Positions 20,215 through 29,749 of a stretch of DNA of 60,810 nt are shown piece after piece. Location: assembly GCA_023418255.1 (NCBI GenBank), contig JAEZZZ010000032.1, positions 1-60,810 on the forward strand, in the 5' to 3' direction. This stretch comes from Bacteroidota bacterium. GTDB taxonomy: Bacteria > Bacteroidota > Bacteroidia > Bacteroidales > Dysgonomonadaceae. A program made the translations under genes and the position numbers. The notes beneath the pieces were generated by a model. The model saw only the letters and a list, made by a program, of their open reading frames with translations. It made no database searches and was not told the DNA's origin. Numbering within the stretch: the first letter of the stretch is position 1; each line of letters opens with the position of its first letter.

Positions 20215-21084
20215 TTATCCGCGTCGGTCGCTGGCATCATCTTTGGGAATATCAATCTCTTTTTTGAGTTGATGAATCAGCTCACGAAAAACGCGTTCTC
20301 CCTCTTCGGCATTGAGAGCCACCCATCTTTCAAGAATTTGCAATTTGCACAAATAGGCAAAAATATATTCAATATCAAAATAATGGAATGTGGTTTTTTC
20401 GTCTAACCATTCCCAACGAAATTTATCAATCTTTCGCTCTCTTTCGTATATATCTTTTTCTTCGGAAATGCGTTGCAGCGTTTCAAAATAATCGACTTCG
20501 CTGCTTAATCCAAAGTCGCGCAAATTGGCATTGTCTCGAATGCGCTTGGCAATGGCATTGTTACCAACAATCAACGAGGGAACATCCATCTTATATTTCT
20601 TCGCATAAATTGCAGTTAAAATATTTCCGAGATTGAGATTGAGCTCAAACCATTGCGAGATAAGGCTGTTTTTGACCTCCAAGCCATACTCCATATAAAG
20701 GTCTGCGAGCAAGTCTTCCCAACGCTTTCCTTGTTTTTGAGCATCTTCATCGAGCCATTTTTTTATAAATGTTTCGTACAATGGGGGAATCCGTTTTTTA
20801 TCAACAGGAAGTTCATTCTTTATGGCATCGATGGTCTCTAAAATTTCTTCCGATTCGAAGCGTCCGAGAGAATTAAGAGCGCTTTCTTTGTTTTTTAGTA
20901 ATGCAAGAAGGTTATCGTTATCATATTTTAGAAAATAGGTGTCAATCAACCTCTTATCACTCGGTTTCAGTTCATCATAAAGCATTTCCTTAAACTCTTC
21001 CACGGTAAAGGGAAGCTTTGTGCTTTCAAAATTAAAATCCGGTAGTCCGGCAATGAAATAATGATATTGATTTTTAAATAACAT
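20215..21084 (-). CDS. DUF2764-like protein (subunit C-like component of Bacteroidota V-ATPase operons)
   Basis: 289-aa ORF in the slot between E and A that this family occupies in Bacteroidota V-ATPase operons. The family is recalled from memory. Confidence 0.7.
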   Translation of the reverse strand: MLFKNQYHYFIAGLPDFNFESTKLPFTVEEFKEMLYDELKPSDKRLIDTYFLKYDNDNLLALLKNKESALNSLGRFESEEILETIDAIKNELPVDKKRIPPLYETFIKKWLDEDAQKQGKRWEDLLADLYMEYGLEVKNSLISQWFELNLNLGNILTAIYAKKYKMDVPSLIVGNNAIAKRIRDNANLRDFGLSSEVDYFETLQRISEEKDIYERERKIDKFRWEWLDEKTTFHYFDIEYIFAYLCKLQILERWVALNAEEGERVFRELIHQLKKEIDIPKDDASDRRG

Positions 21085-21156
21085 CTGTTTTTTGTTTGAA
21101 TGCTGCCTTTTTCCGTTGTTGAAAAATGAAATAAAACAGGCAATTTCCTTTTCTGT

Positions 21157-21744
21157 TTAAAACAAGAGTTTTTGTATTTGTGGACGAAGGAACTCTTTGA
21201 AATATGCAATAAATTCTTCTTCGCCAAAATTTACTTTGTATGATTCATCTCCCGGCGAAACGCTAAAAGCAGTTTTAATACCGTTTACCGATTTAATTTC
21301 GAGCTTGTCGTTAAGAAGTTGTTTTGCATTGGCTTCGAAATAGTCACGCACCTTGTCCGCATCTTCCGCGCGAATGGTGAGTGTTTCGTTTTTTGCCCAA
21401 TTCTCAACCAGACTCACGATGATTTTTTGCATAAAAGCGGGGTCTTGCGTTGCAGCTTTCACGTTGGACGTTGCCAACTTGTCTGTCAGCAGATCGGTAA
21501 CCTCGCTTTTGAGTGCCTCCACAGCTTTGGAAGCGTAGAGTCTGAGTTCCGACTCGGTGTTTGTTCTTAAATCTTCTGCCTTTTTTTTCGCATTGGCAAT
21601 GATGCTGTCCGCTTGGTTTTGTGCTTCACTGATTATTTTTTTTTCTTGTGCTTTGGCTTGCGAAAGGATTTTGTCTGCCTCTTCTTTTCCTTTCTCTACG
21701 CCTTCGGCGTAAATTTTAGCGGTAAGTTCCTGTATTTTATCCAT
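21157..21744 (-). CDS. atpE: V-type ATPase subunit E
   Basis: 195 aa. Long charged N-terminal helix (KIYAEGVEKGKEEADKILSQAKAQEKK) and a globular C-terminus. It is the first gene of the operon. Confidence 0.8.
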   Translation of the reverse strand: MDKIQELTAKIYAEGVEKGKEEADKILSQAKAQEKKIISEAQNQADSIIANAKKKAEDLRTNTESELRLYASKAVEALKSEVTDLLTDKLATSNVKAATQDPAFMQKIIVSLVENWAKNETLTIRAEDADKVRDYFEANAKQLLNDKLEIKSVNGIKTAFSVSPGDESYKVNFGEEEFIAYFKEFLRPQIQKLLF

Positions 21745-21831
21745 ATATATCGATATTATTGAGTTCTGTTCCTATGTCAAACGATATAAAGTATGTGTAT
21801 AAAAACACACATGTATATACCATAATGCGGA

Positions 21832-21839
21832 CAAAGATA
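21832..21839 (-). promoter_or_regulatory. candidate -7 box of the V-ATPase operon
   Basis: Plus-strand CAAAGATA is TATCTTTG on the minus strand, ~88 nt upstream of the subunit E ATG (21744). Confidence 0.35.
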
Positions 21840-21925
21840 CAAAAAAGTATAAACAAAAAGTTCTTAATAGCTATTTTTCATCAAATTATTTGCATAATGA
21901 ATTGTTCTTGTCGTATTTTTGTGAT

Positions 21926-23224
21926 ATGGATAGGAAAATCTTTCGGCTTGCTGTTCCCAATATCATTTCAAATATTACGGTTCCATTGCTGGGAATGATT
22001 GATTTGGCAATTGCCGGACACTTGGATTCAACGCTTTACATTGGTGCCATCTCATTAGGTGTCACCATATTTAATATGGTGTATTGGAATTTTGGTTTCA
22101 TTCGTATGAGCACCAGCGGATTCACTTCGCAAGCGTTGGGTGCGCGCAACCTCCCCGAGACGATGCACATTTTACTCCGCTCAGTTGGCGTGGGTGTGGC
22201 ACTGAGTCTGATTATTTTGTTGCTGCAATATCCGATAGGAATATTCGCGCAAAGCCTTATAAAATCGGCCGTTGAAACAAAACAATATGTAATGCTCTAT
22301 TTTCGCATTTGTGTGTGGGGGGCTCCGGCGGTTTTGGTGATGTACGCTTTCAACGGTTGGTTTATTGGCATGCAAAATGCAAAAACGCCGATGTATATCG
22401 CTATATTTAATAATGTGTTGAATATCATTCTCAGTTTTACGTTTGTGTATCTGTTTCACATGAAAATCGAAGGGATTGCCCTTGGCACGGTGCTTTCGCA
22501 GATTATTACGCTGATGGTTACCATCGTCGTTTGGAGAAAACATTACGGAAAACTGAAAAAATATATTTCTCGCAGCATCATTTTTGACAAAAATGCTATT
22601 CGCAACTTTTTCAAAGTGAATGTGGATGTCTTTATTCGCACCTTTCTATTGACTTTAGTCACCACATTTTTCACATTTGCATCTACGGCGATGGGCGACC
22701 TGATTCTTGCCGTAAATTCGTTGCTGATGCAATTTTTCATGCTTTTCTCCTATTTCATGGATGGATTTGCCTATGCCGGTGAAGCACTCACCGGAAAATA
22801 TATCGGAGCAAGAGATGGTGTGAGTCTTAAGCGAATGTTGCGCCGGTTGTTTTTTTGGGGGTTGATGGTCAGTCTTATTTCCGCGGTGATCTATCTCTTT
22901 TTTCCTGAACAACTCCTTTATATTTTAACAGATAAACCCAATGTGATTGCGAAAGCAAAAGAGTACCTTTTCTGGACAATTTTGATTCCTATTACCGGAT
23001 TCGCCGCCTTTTTGTGGGATGGCATCTTCATCGGTGCCACCGCGTCAAAGCAGATGCGCAACGCCATGATTTTGTCGGCTATCGCGTTTTTTACGTGCTA
23101 CTATCTATCCGTCTCATCAATGGGTAACAACGGATTGTGGCTCTCCTTCATCCTCTATCTTTTGGTGCGTGGCGTAGCGCAAGGATTGTGGGCTAAGAGG
23201 GCGTTGAGAATGCATGTGGGCTAA
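21926..23224 (+). CDS. MATE-family efflux transporter (DinF-like)
   Basis: 12-TM profile. N-terminus FRLAVPNIISNITVPLLGMIDLAIAGHL is typical of MATE. The start was set at ATG 21926; the ORF track starts at 21890. Confidence 0.85.
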   Translation: MDRKIFRLAVPNIISNITVPLLGMIDLAIAGHLDSTLYIGAISLGVTIFNMVYWNFGFIRMSTSGFTSQALGARNLPETMHILLRSVGVGVALSLIILLLQYPIGIFAQSLIKSAVETKQYVMLYFRICVWGAPAVLVMYAFNGWFIGMQNAKTPMYIAIFNNVLNIILSFTFVYLFHMKIEGIALGTVLSQIITLMVTIVVWRKHYGKLKKYISRSIIFDKNAIRNFFKVNVDVFIRTFLLTLVTTFFTFASTAMGDLILAVNSLLMQFFMLFSYFMDGFAYAGEALTGKYIGARDGVSLKRMLRRLFFWGLMVSLISAVIYLFFPEQLLYILTDKPNVIAKAKEYLFWTILIPITGFAAFLWDGIFIGATASKQMRNAMILSAIAFFTCYYLSVSSMGNNGLWLSFILYLLVRGVAQGLWAKRALRMHVG

Positions 23225-23415
23225 AAAAACAATTGAATGTTAAACCGTTTTTTATCGTGGTGTCAGGTTCAATAAACAGCCTTTACCCAACATCGTCTAA
23301 TGCTTCATCCTTCATTGTCGTTAGCCTTAATCGAACACAGGTAATCTACTTTGCCTTCCATCGCCATTCGTTTTTCTTGTTTCACCAATATTTATCATGA
23401 TTTTCAAAAAGCATC

Positions 23416-23448
23416 TTTGGTAAATCCAAAAATCTTTTATTACTTTTG
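23416..23448 (+). promoter_or_regulatory. candidate promoter of the yeiH-like gene
   Basis: TTTG (23416-23419), 21 bp spacer, then TACTTTTG (23441-23448). The ATG is at 23470. Confidence 0.45.
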
Positions 23449-23469
23449 TTGCAAAAAAAAAGAAACTGT

Positions 23470-24507
23470 ATGAATAAATCCAGAGCAAATAAGATAAACG
23501 GCATTATGCTGATGGTGCTTTTTTCGTTTTCCGCGTTTTATATCGCCCAGTTTCCAATCATTAAAAGCCTTTCGCTAAGCCCGCTTATTGTGGGAATTAT
23601 CTTAGGAATGATTTATGCCAATACCTTGCGAATGCATCTTCCCGAAACGTGGGTTCCGGGGATCCTTTTTTGTAGCAAAACGCTGTTGCGGACAGCGATA
23701 GTCTTCTACGGATTTCGACTTACATTCCAAAATGTGATTGCCGTAGGCACCACCGCCATCGTGGTAGATGTGATTATTGTAACATCTGTAATATTGCTTG
23801 GGCTCTTTATCGGGAAACTATTGAAGATGGATTCAAACTTAACCATTCTAACTTCTTCAGGAAGTGCCATTTGTGGTGCAGCAGCGGTGTTGGGTACCGA
23901 GTCAGTATTGAAAGACTCTAAACCTCACCAAACGGCTGTTGCCGTGACTACGGTTGTTATTTTTGGTACCATTTCGATGTTTTTATATCCTATGCTTCAA
24001 CGCTCCGGGATATTTGGTTTAGAACCGCAATCAATGGGAATTTATACGGGGGCGACACTTCATGAAGTGGCGCACGTGGTGGGTGCCGGCAACGCGATGA
24101 ACGACACCGTAATCGCGAACACCTCTATCATCGTAAAGATGACACGCGTTATTTTACTGGTTCCTTTTTTATTGATACTCAGTTTTTTCATCAACAAAGG
24201 AAGCAAGAAACAACAGAACGCCCCACGCGAAAAGTCAAAAATAACCGTTCCTTGGTTCGCGTTTGGTTTTCTTGCCGTAATCGGCTTCAACTCGTTTGAT
24301 TTGCTGCCCGGCGTGGTTACAACCAACGTAAATACATTGACCGACTTTGCCCTCACCATGGCAATGACCGCCTTAGGCGCCGAATCGAGCTTTGAAAAGT
24401 TTAAAAAAGCGGGTGCAAAACCATTCCTATTGGCTTTCAGCCTCTTTATATGGCTCTTTTTTGGTGGATATTTCCTTACCAAATACCTACATCCGATTTT
24501 TGGATAA
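23470..24507 (+). CDS. yeiH: YeiH/UPF0324-family putative sulfate exporter
   Basis: Polytopic membrane protein with SPLIVGIILGM and GSAICGAAA motifs. The start was moved to ATG 23470 because TTG 23446 lies inside a TACTTTTG promoter box. Confidence 0.8.
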   Translation: MNKSRANKINGIMLMVLFSFSAFYIAQFPIIKSLSLSPLIVGIILGMIYANTLRMHLPETWVPGILFCSKTLLRTAIVFYGFRLTFQNVIAVGTTAIVVDVIIVTSVILLGLFIGKLLKMDSNLTILTSSGSAICGAAAVLGTESVLKDSKPHQTAVAVTTVVIFGTISMFLYPMLQRSGIFGLEPQSMGIYTGATLHEVAHVVGAGNAMNDTVIANTSIIVKMTRVILLVPFLLILSFFINKGSKKQQNAPREKSKITVPWFAFGFLAVIGFNSFDLLPGVVTTNVNTLTDFALTMAMTALGAESSFEKFKKAGAKPFLLAFSLFIWLFFGGYFLTKYLHPIFG

Positions 24508-24555
24508 TCATGCATTAATCATAACATAACGTATCACATACAAAATTTCGTACTC

Positions 24556-25761
24556 ATGGCACGCTGTACACTCCACTATATCATTATTCTCGCATTGATT
24601 GTTTCAGCATCAACACACGCGCAAAACATTCAAAATGTAGCCCCCGAAAAAGTGGGCTTAGACGCGCGACACATTCAATATGCCGACAGGGCGATAGAAA
24701 AAGCCATTGCCGACAAAGAAATTCCGGGTGCCGTGCTTGCCGTTGTCAGGAAGGGAAAAATAGGGTATCTGAAAGCGTATGGAAATCAACAAGTCTATCC
24801 AACACAAAAGAAGATGGATATTCGTGCCGTATTTGATTTGGCATCGGTAACAAAGCCTGTCGCTACCGCCATTTCCGCGATGATACTTATTGAACGTGGT
24901 AAGCTGCGATTGCAAGACAGAGTCTCGCTTTTTATTCCCGATTTCGCGCCATGGTGTGATTCCACCGGCTTAAAGAAAGAAATAACCGTTGGCGATTTAA
25001 TGACGCATACTTCGGGATTACCTCCCTATGCATCTGTAAAAGAGCTGGAAGCCGAATACGGAGCACCCAATCCCAGTGGTCTCATAGAATATATTTCCAC
25101 ATGCCATCGCGATTTTATGCCGAAAACAGCATTTCAATACAGCTGCCTAAACTACATCACGTTGCAGCGAATTATCGAAACCATCAGCAAAGAGAGCTTA
25201 CGTGATTTCGCGAAACAAAACATCTACGATGTATTGGGAATGCGCCACACCGATTTTGTGCCTGCCGGTGAAACATTCCGATTGGCGGTTCCAACACAAC
25301 GACAACCGGATGGCTCAGTTCTCAAAGGTGTGGTTCACGATCCATTGGCACGCGTCATGAACGGTGGTATATCGGGAAATGCAGGATTGTTCTCCGATGC
25401 TCATGATTTATGTATATTGGTGGCAGCTCTCCTAAACGATGGCGAATTCAACGGAAAACGGATATTGAGTTCATTGGGCGTGAAAGCGATCCGCACAGTT
25501 CCAAGAGAAGTTGCCGATATCGGCAGAACACCCGGTTGGGATATTTTTACACCATACGCATCCAACGTCGGCAATCTACTGAGCCCCAACACCTATGGAC
25601 ACACCGGATACACAGGAACTTCCATCGTTATCGACCCGGATAATGATTTGGGAATCATCCTGCTGACCAATCGAGCTCATCCCGATGACGAAGGCGATAC
25701 CATTCGTTTGCGCTCTATGGTAGCAAACGCTGTGGCGGCATCCCTCATAGAATCGGAATAA
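24556..25761 (+). CDS. serine hydrolase (class C beta-lactamase / AmpH-like family)
   Basis: Signal peptide, SxxK nucleophile motif SVTKPV, YSxxN-like YSCLNY, and HTGYTGTS near the C-terminus. Confidence 0.85.
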   Translation: MARCTLHYIIILALIVSASTHAQNIQNVAPEKVGLDARHIQYADRAIEKAIADKEIPGAVLAVVRKGKIGYLKAYGNQQVYPTQKKMDIRAVFDLASVTKPVATAISAMILIERGKLRLQDRVSLFIPDFAPWCDSTGLKKEITVGDLMTHTSGLPPYASVKELEAEYGAPNPSGLIEYISTCHRDFMPKTAFQYSCLNYITLQRIIETISKESLRDFAKQNIYDVLGMRHTDFVPAGETFRLAVPTQRQPDGSVLKGVVHDPLARVMNGGISGNAGLFSDAHDLCILVAALLNDGEFNGKRILSSLGVKAIRTVPREVADIGRTPGWDIFTPYASNVGNLLSPNTYGHTGYTGTSIVIDPDNDLGIILLTNRAHPDDEGDTIRLRSMVANAVAASLIESE

Positions 25762-26335
25762 AAATAGAAGTGGAGCCAATTCTTGAATTGGCTTGGAAGA
25801 TAATGGTTCCTTCGGAACCTGATAAGCCCTCTACAAGAAACGCTTTGTCAAGAGCTATAACGGTATCGTCAGAGGTTAGGGGAAATTATTAGCTAACTGC
25901 TAACAACTTACAGCAGTTATAAATACTTATTAGTCAGATGCCCCTTACAACGACGGAGTGACTATTTAATCGTGCCATAATCAACAATTCGTCAGGTCTC
26001 CAATTAATATACTGATTATCAAAAAAAAGTATCAGGATATTTGTATACCCACTGAAAAAAAGTATTTTTATAGGTAATTTCAAAACTACAACTTGAACAA
26101 TTTTCAGTATCGTTCAACTTTACGAACAAAGATTTTTATCATTCATTAATAAAAATAAAGACGCTTAATAAGTGGCGTAAAGATTTTGAAATCGAAGTTC
26201 TTTGGCTTACTGCAAGTATTCAGAGAAAAATAAATTTAATGCTTATCCTAATTTGCACCTAAATTCATTTTTGTAACTTACACATGCCACAATCTATTTC
26301 CCGAATAACCCTTCCCCAGAGTATCTGCGATTAAA

Positions 26336-26585
26336 TTAATAGCAAAATTCATCCAAATAGTTTTGCAATAGCTCAAGTTTTATCTCGCGAAATGTATTGA
26401 TCAATTGCCGCTTGGTATTGCTGATAGCAATATAAACCCAAGAAAGAATTCCCCCTACTTTTTCTTTGGAGATAACGCCAAACTTGGTCTCGATACGCTT
26501 TAAACTTTTGTTTGCAACTTTCCTCATCGGGAAATTCTGAGATAAAATCAATCAGGTGCATGGAAGTATTTTTTTTTGCAAACAA
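26336..26585 (-). pseudogene. IS1595-family transposase remnant (internally deleted, frameshifted)
   Basis: Two overlapping short ORFs. One begins like an IS1595 transposase N-terminus (LIDFISEFPDEESC). The other ends with the family's C-terminal ISNTKRQL...LQNYLDEFCY. Together they make up less than a quarter of a full gene. Confidence 0.6.
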
Positions 26586-26685
26586 ATCATTTTATGCAGA
26601 CATACGGGTATTATTTTTATGTTATAATAACAGCCAGCGGCCTTGATTTTTATCGCTCGACGTATAAAATTCAAACTTTTTTTCG

Positions 26686-26693
26686 TAAGTTTG
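26686..26693 (+). promoter_or_regulatory. candidate -7 box for the DPP III gene
   Basis: TAAGTTTG lies 30 nt upstream of ATG 26723. No clear -33 element was found. Confidence 0.35.
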
Positions 26694-26722
26694 CAATCAA
26701 ACAACAGTAAAATTTTTAAACA

Positions 26723-28789
26723 ATGAAAAAATTAATTTTTATGCTATCCACTATTTTTCTGCTCTCTTCCATCACTTCGTGTGGAAACAAATCAGAAAAT
26801 CAATCGGTTCCAAAGGACGAAGTGCCTGAATCGTTTGTTTACTCAGTAGATAAGTTTGCCGATATCGAAATTCTGCGCTACTATGTGCCCGGTTTTAAAA
26901 ATCTGACTCTAAAACAAAAAGAGCTTATTTACTACCTTAATCAGGCGGCACTCGAAGGACGCGATATTTTGTATGATCAGAACAATAAATACAACCTCAC
27001 CATCCGTCGCCTTTGCGAAGGAATTTATCAACATTACGATGGCGATAAATCAAACGACGATTGGAAACACTTCGAGACCTATCTGAAACAGATATGGATG
27101 GCAAACGGCATTCATCATCACTATTCGGAGGATAAAATTCTTCCTCAATTTTCAAGTGAATATTTCCGTTCGATTGCACAGGCAGCCTATCCCAAGATGT
27201 CCGATTTTTATAATGGAAAAGAAGCAAGAAATCTACTCGACGAAATCGTTCCCATTGTATTTGACCCCGCCATCATGCCCAAACGCATGAACCAGGAGGC
27301 ACATGCCGATTTGGTAAAAACATCAGCCGTCAATTTCTACGAAAACGTTACGCAAGAAGAGGTGGAAAGTTTCTATAATCAAATGAAAGATCCCAACGAC
27401 GACACCCCCATATCATACGGACTGAACAGCAAAGTGGTGAAACGTGACGGAAAAATCACCGAAGTGGTTTACAAACAAGGCGGATTATACGACAAAGCCA
27501 TAACACGCATCATCGGTTGGTTAGAAAAAGCAGCCCATGTTGCCGAAAACGACGCGCAAAAAGAGGTTATCCGCAAATTGATTGAATTTTATCAAACGGG
27601 AGATTTAAAAACCTTTGACGACTATTCGGTTAAATGGGCGGAAGAACTCGCATCACGTGTTGATTTCGTGAACGGATTCATTGAAACATATTCAGACCCG
27701 CTAGGTATGAAAGCAACATGGGAATCCATCGTAAACTTCAAAAACGAGGCGGCGACCGAACGCACCAAAACCATTAGCGCCAATGCGCAATGGTTTGAAA
27801 ACAATTCGCCTACGGACAAACGCTTTAAAAAAGAAAAAGTGAAAGGCGTGTCGGCAAAAGTTATCACCGTATCGATTTTGGGCGGCGACTGCTATCCCTC
27901 GACACCCATCGGCATCAACCTGCCAAATGCCAACTGGATTCGTCGCGACCATGGTTCCAAATCTGTAACCATCGAAAACATTACCGATGCCTACGACAAA
28001 GCATCCGAAGGAAACGGTTTTGCAGAAGAGTTTATGTGGTCTGAAAAAGAGATTGAACTTTCGCGCAAATATGGCTCCCTGACCGACAACCTACACACTG
28101 ACTTGCACGAATGCCTGGGTCACGGCTCAGGAAAATTGTTGCCGGGCGTGGATGGCGACGCGTTGCGTGCCTATGGCTCACCCATTGAGGAGGCACGTGC
28201 CGACCTTTTCGGACTCTACTTTTTGGGCGACGAAAAACTGATCGAACTCGGACTTCTTCCCGACGCCGAAGCATACAAAGCACAATATTACAAATATGTA
28301 ATGAACGGAGCCATGACACAGCTCACGCGCATACAACCGGGAAAAGACATAGAACAGGCACACATGCGTAACCGCGCAATGGTTTCAAACTGGGTGCTGG
28401 AAAAAGGAAAAGCGGAAAACGTGCTGGAATGGAAAAAACGCGATGGCAAAACCTATATCGTTATCAACGATTACGCCAAACTGCGCAATCTTTTTGGACA
28501 ACTGCTTGCCGAAATACAGCGAATAAAGTCAACCGGCGATTTTGAAGCAGCAAAACAGTTGATAGAAACATACGCCGTAAAAGTGAATCAACCCCTCCAC
28601 CGCGAAGTGCTTGAACGATACGAAGCACTTCACCTGGCACCGTACAGGGGATTTGTAAATCCGGTTTATACACTTGTCACAAATGACAAAGGCGAGGTAA
28701 CCGATGTCACGGTTTCATACGACGAAGGATACGTAGAACAACATCTGCGATATTCAAAAGAGTACTCGGCACTTCCCAACAACAATTAA
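26723..28789 (+). CDS. dipeptidyl-peptidase III (M49 metallopeptidase), lipoprotein
   Basis: Zinc motifs HECLGH and EEARAD, which are the bacterial DPP III signature. N-terminal lipobox LSSITSC. Confidence 0.9.
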   Translation: MKKLIFMLSTIFLLSSITSCGNKSENQSVPKDEVPESFVYSVDKFADIEILRYYVPGFKNLTLKQKELIYYLNQAALEGRDILYDQNNKYNLTIRRLCEGIYQHYDGDKSNDDWKHFETYLKQIWMANGIHHHYSEDKILPQFSSEYFRSIAQAAYPKMSDFYNGKEARNLLDEIVPIVFDPAIMPKRMNQEAHADLVKTSAVNFYENVTQEEVESFYNQMKDPNDDTPISYGLNSKVVKRDGKITEVVYKQGGLYDKAITRIIGWLEKAAHVAENDAQKEVIRKLIEFYQTGDLKTFDDYSVKWAEELASRVDFVNGFIETYSDPLGMKATWESIVNFKNEAATERTKTISANAQWFENNSPTDKRFKKEKVKGVSAKVITVSILGGDCYPSTPIGINLPNANWIRRDHGSKSVTIENITDAYDKASEGNGFAEEFMWSEKEIELSRKYGSLTDNLHTDLHECLGHGSGKLLPGVDGDALRAYGSPIEEARADLFGLYFLGDEKLIELGLLPDAEAYKAQYYKYVMNGAMTQLTRIQPGKDIEQAHMRNRAMVSNWVLEKGKAENVLEWKKRDGKTYIVINDYAKLRNLFGQLLAEIQRIKSTGDFEAAKQLIETYAVKVNQPLHREVLERYEALHLAPYRGFVNPVYTLVTNDKGEVTDVTVSYDEGYVEQHLRYSKEYSALPNNN

Positions 28790-28830
28790 AAAAGTGACAC
28801 CTTGAATTAAAGACGAGCTCTTTTTTGACA

Positions 28831-28875
28831 AATACCCTCAAAATGCTAAATACCGAGCTTTTGAGGGTATTTTTT
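28831..28875 (+). terminator. intrinsic terminator after the DPP III gene
   Basis: 13-bp stem AATACCCTCAAAA / TTTTGAGGGTATT followed by TTTT. Confidence 0.8.
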
Positions 28876-29107
28876 AAGTAATGAACAAGCATTTTGTTTA
28901 ATCACACATCACCTTTGAAACCATAATAAAAAAAGAAAAATGCCTTTTCCTCTTGCCGGCCTTCACCGATTTCAACAAAACTCTAATACTGCTTTGCAAT
29001 AAAATATAACATTCATTTTTGTAAAGTTTGTTAAAACCTAGAAAACTAATTTTGTTTTCCGAGTTTCCTTTTGTTACTTTGCAACGTTTTTATTGAAAAA
29101 ATAAAAT

Positions 29108-29716
29108 ATGTGTACAAAAAAACGAATAGCCTCGTTAGCAGGCGAACTTTTTATGAAGCATGGTGTAAAAATGGTTCCGATGGACGAAATCGCATCGCGA
29201 TTGGGAATGTCGAAACGTACCATTTATCAGCATTTTACCGACAAAGAGGAATTGCTGGTATATTTTCTTAAAAATTTGGAACAAGAACAGCTTTCCCTGC
29301 TTGACGAACTATCGAAAACAGAACCTACGATTATCGATGTTTTTTGGAAGATTGTAATAATGCACAAAGAAATTGATAAGAATTATAATATTCGTTTTCA
29401 TGAAGATATCGAAAAGTATTATCCACGTGCAAACGCTGTTATGCAAGAACAACAAAAACGTGGAACAAAACATCTGAAAGATATGTTGAAATACGGCATG
29501 CGGCAAGGCGTGGTACGCAAAAATTTAAACCTGCAAGCGACGGCGTTTCTTCTTCAAGAAACTAACAGCATCTACTCGAAGGCATTTTCAATGATTTCCC
29601 GTCCTTTTACCATTTGGGAACTCTTTTTTACGATGATGGTCAATTTCATCCGTGGCATTTCAACAACCAGAGGCATCGAAATTATCGACAATTATCTTCA
29701 GCAAGAAAATGTGTAA
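29108..29716 (+). CDS. TetR/AcrR-family transcriptional regulator
   Basis: N-terminal HTH IASLAGELFMKHGVKMVPMDEIASRLGMSKRTIYQHF. It lies directly upstream of the efflux operon. Confidence 0.85.
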   Translation: MCTKKRIASLAGELFMKHGVKMVPMDEIASRLGMSKRTIYQHFTDKEELLVYFLKNLEQEQLSLLDELSKTEPTIIDVFWKIVIMHKEIDKNYNIRFHEDIEKYYPRANAVMQEQQKRGTKHLKDMLKYGMRQGVVRKNLNLQATAFLLQETNSIYSKAFSMISRPFTIWELFFTMMVNFIRGISTTRGIEIIDNYLQQENV

Positions 29717-29749
29717 TCTAACGTATCATTCAATTAATAAAACATCAAG

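Noticed and set aside
25860-25930. A possible tmRNA was suspected because GGGGAAATTATTAGCTAACTGCTAA superficially recalls a tag-peptide reading frame.
   Set aside because: No frame gives an ...ALAA-type tag; the frames read GKLLANC*, GEIIS* and GNY*. There is no GGGG...acceptor 5' end and no T-arm/CCA-like 3' end nearby.
29042-29060. The short inverted repeat GAAAAC-n7-GTTTTC upstream of the TetR gene was considered as a possible operator.
   Set aside because: The arms are only 6 bp in an AT-rich region. Without comparative data it cannot be distinguished from chance.
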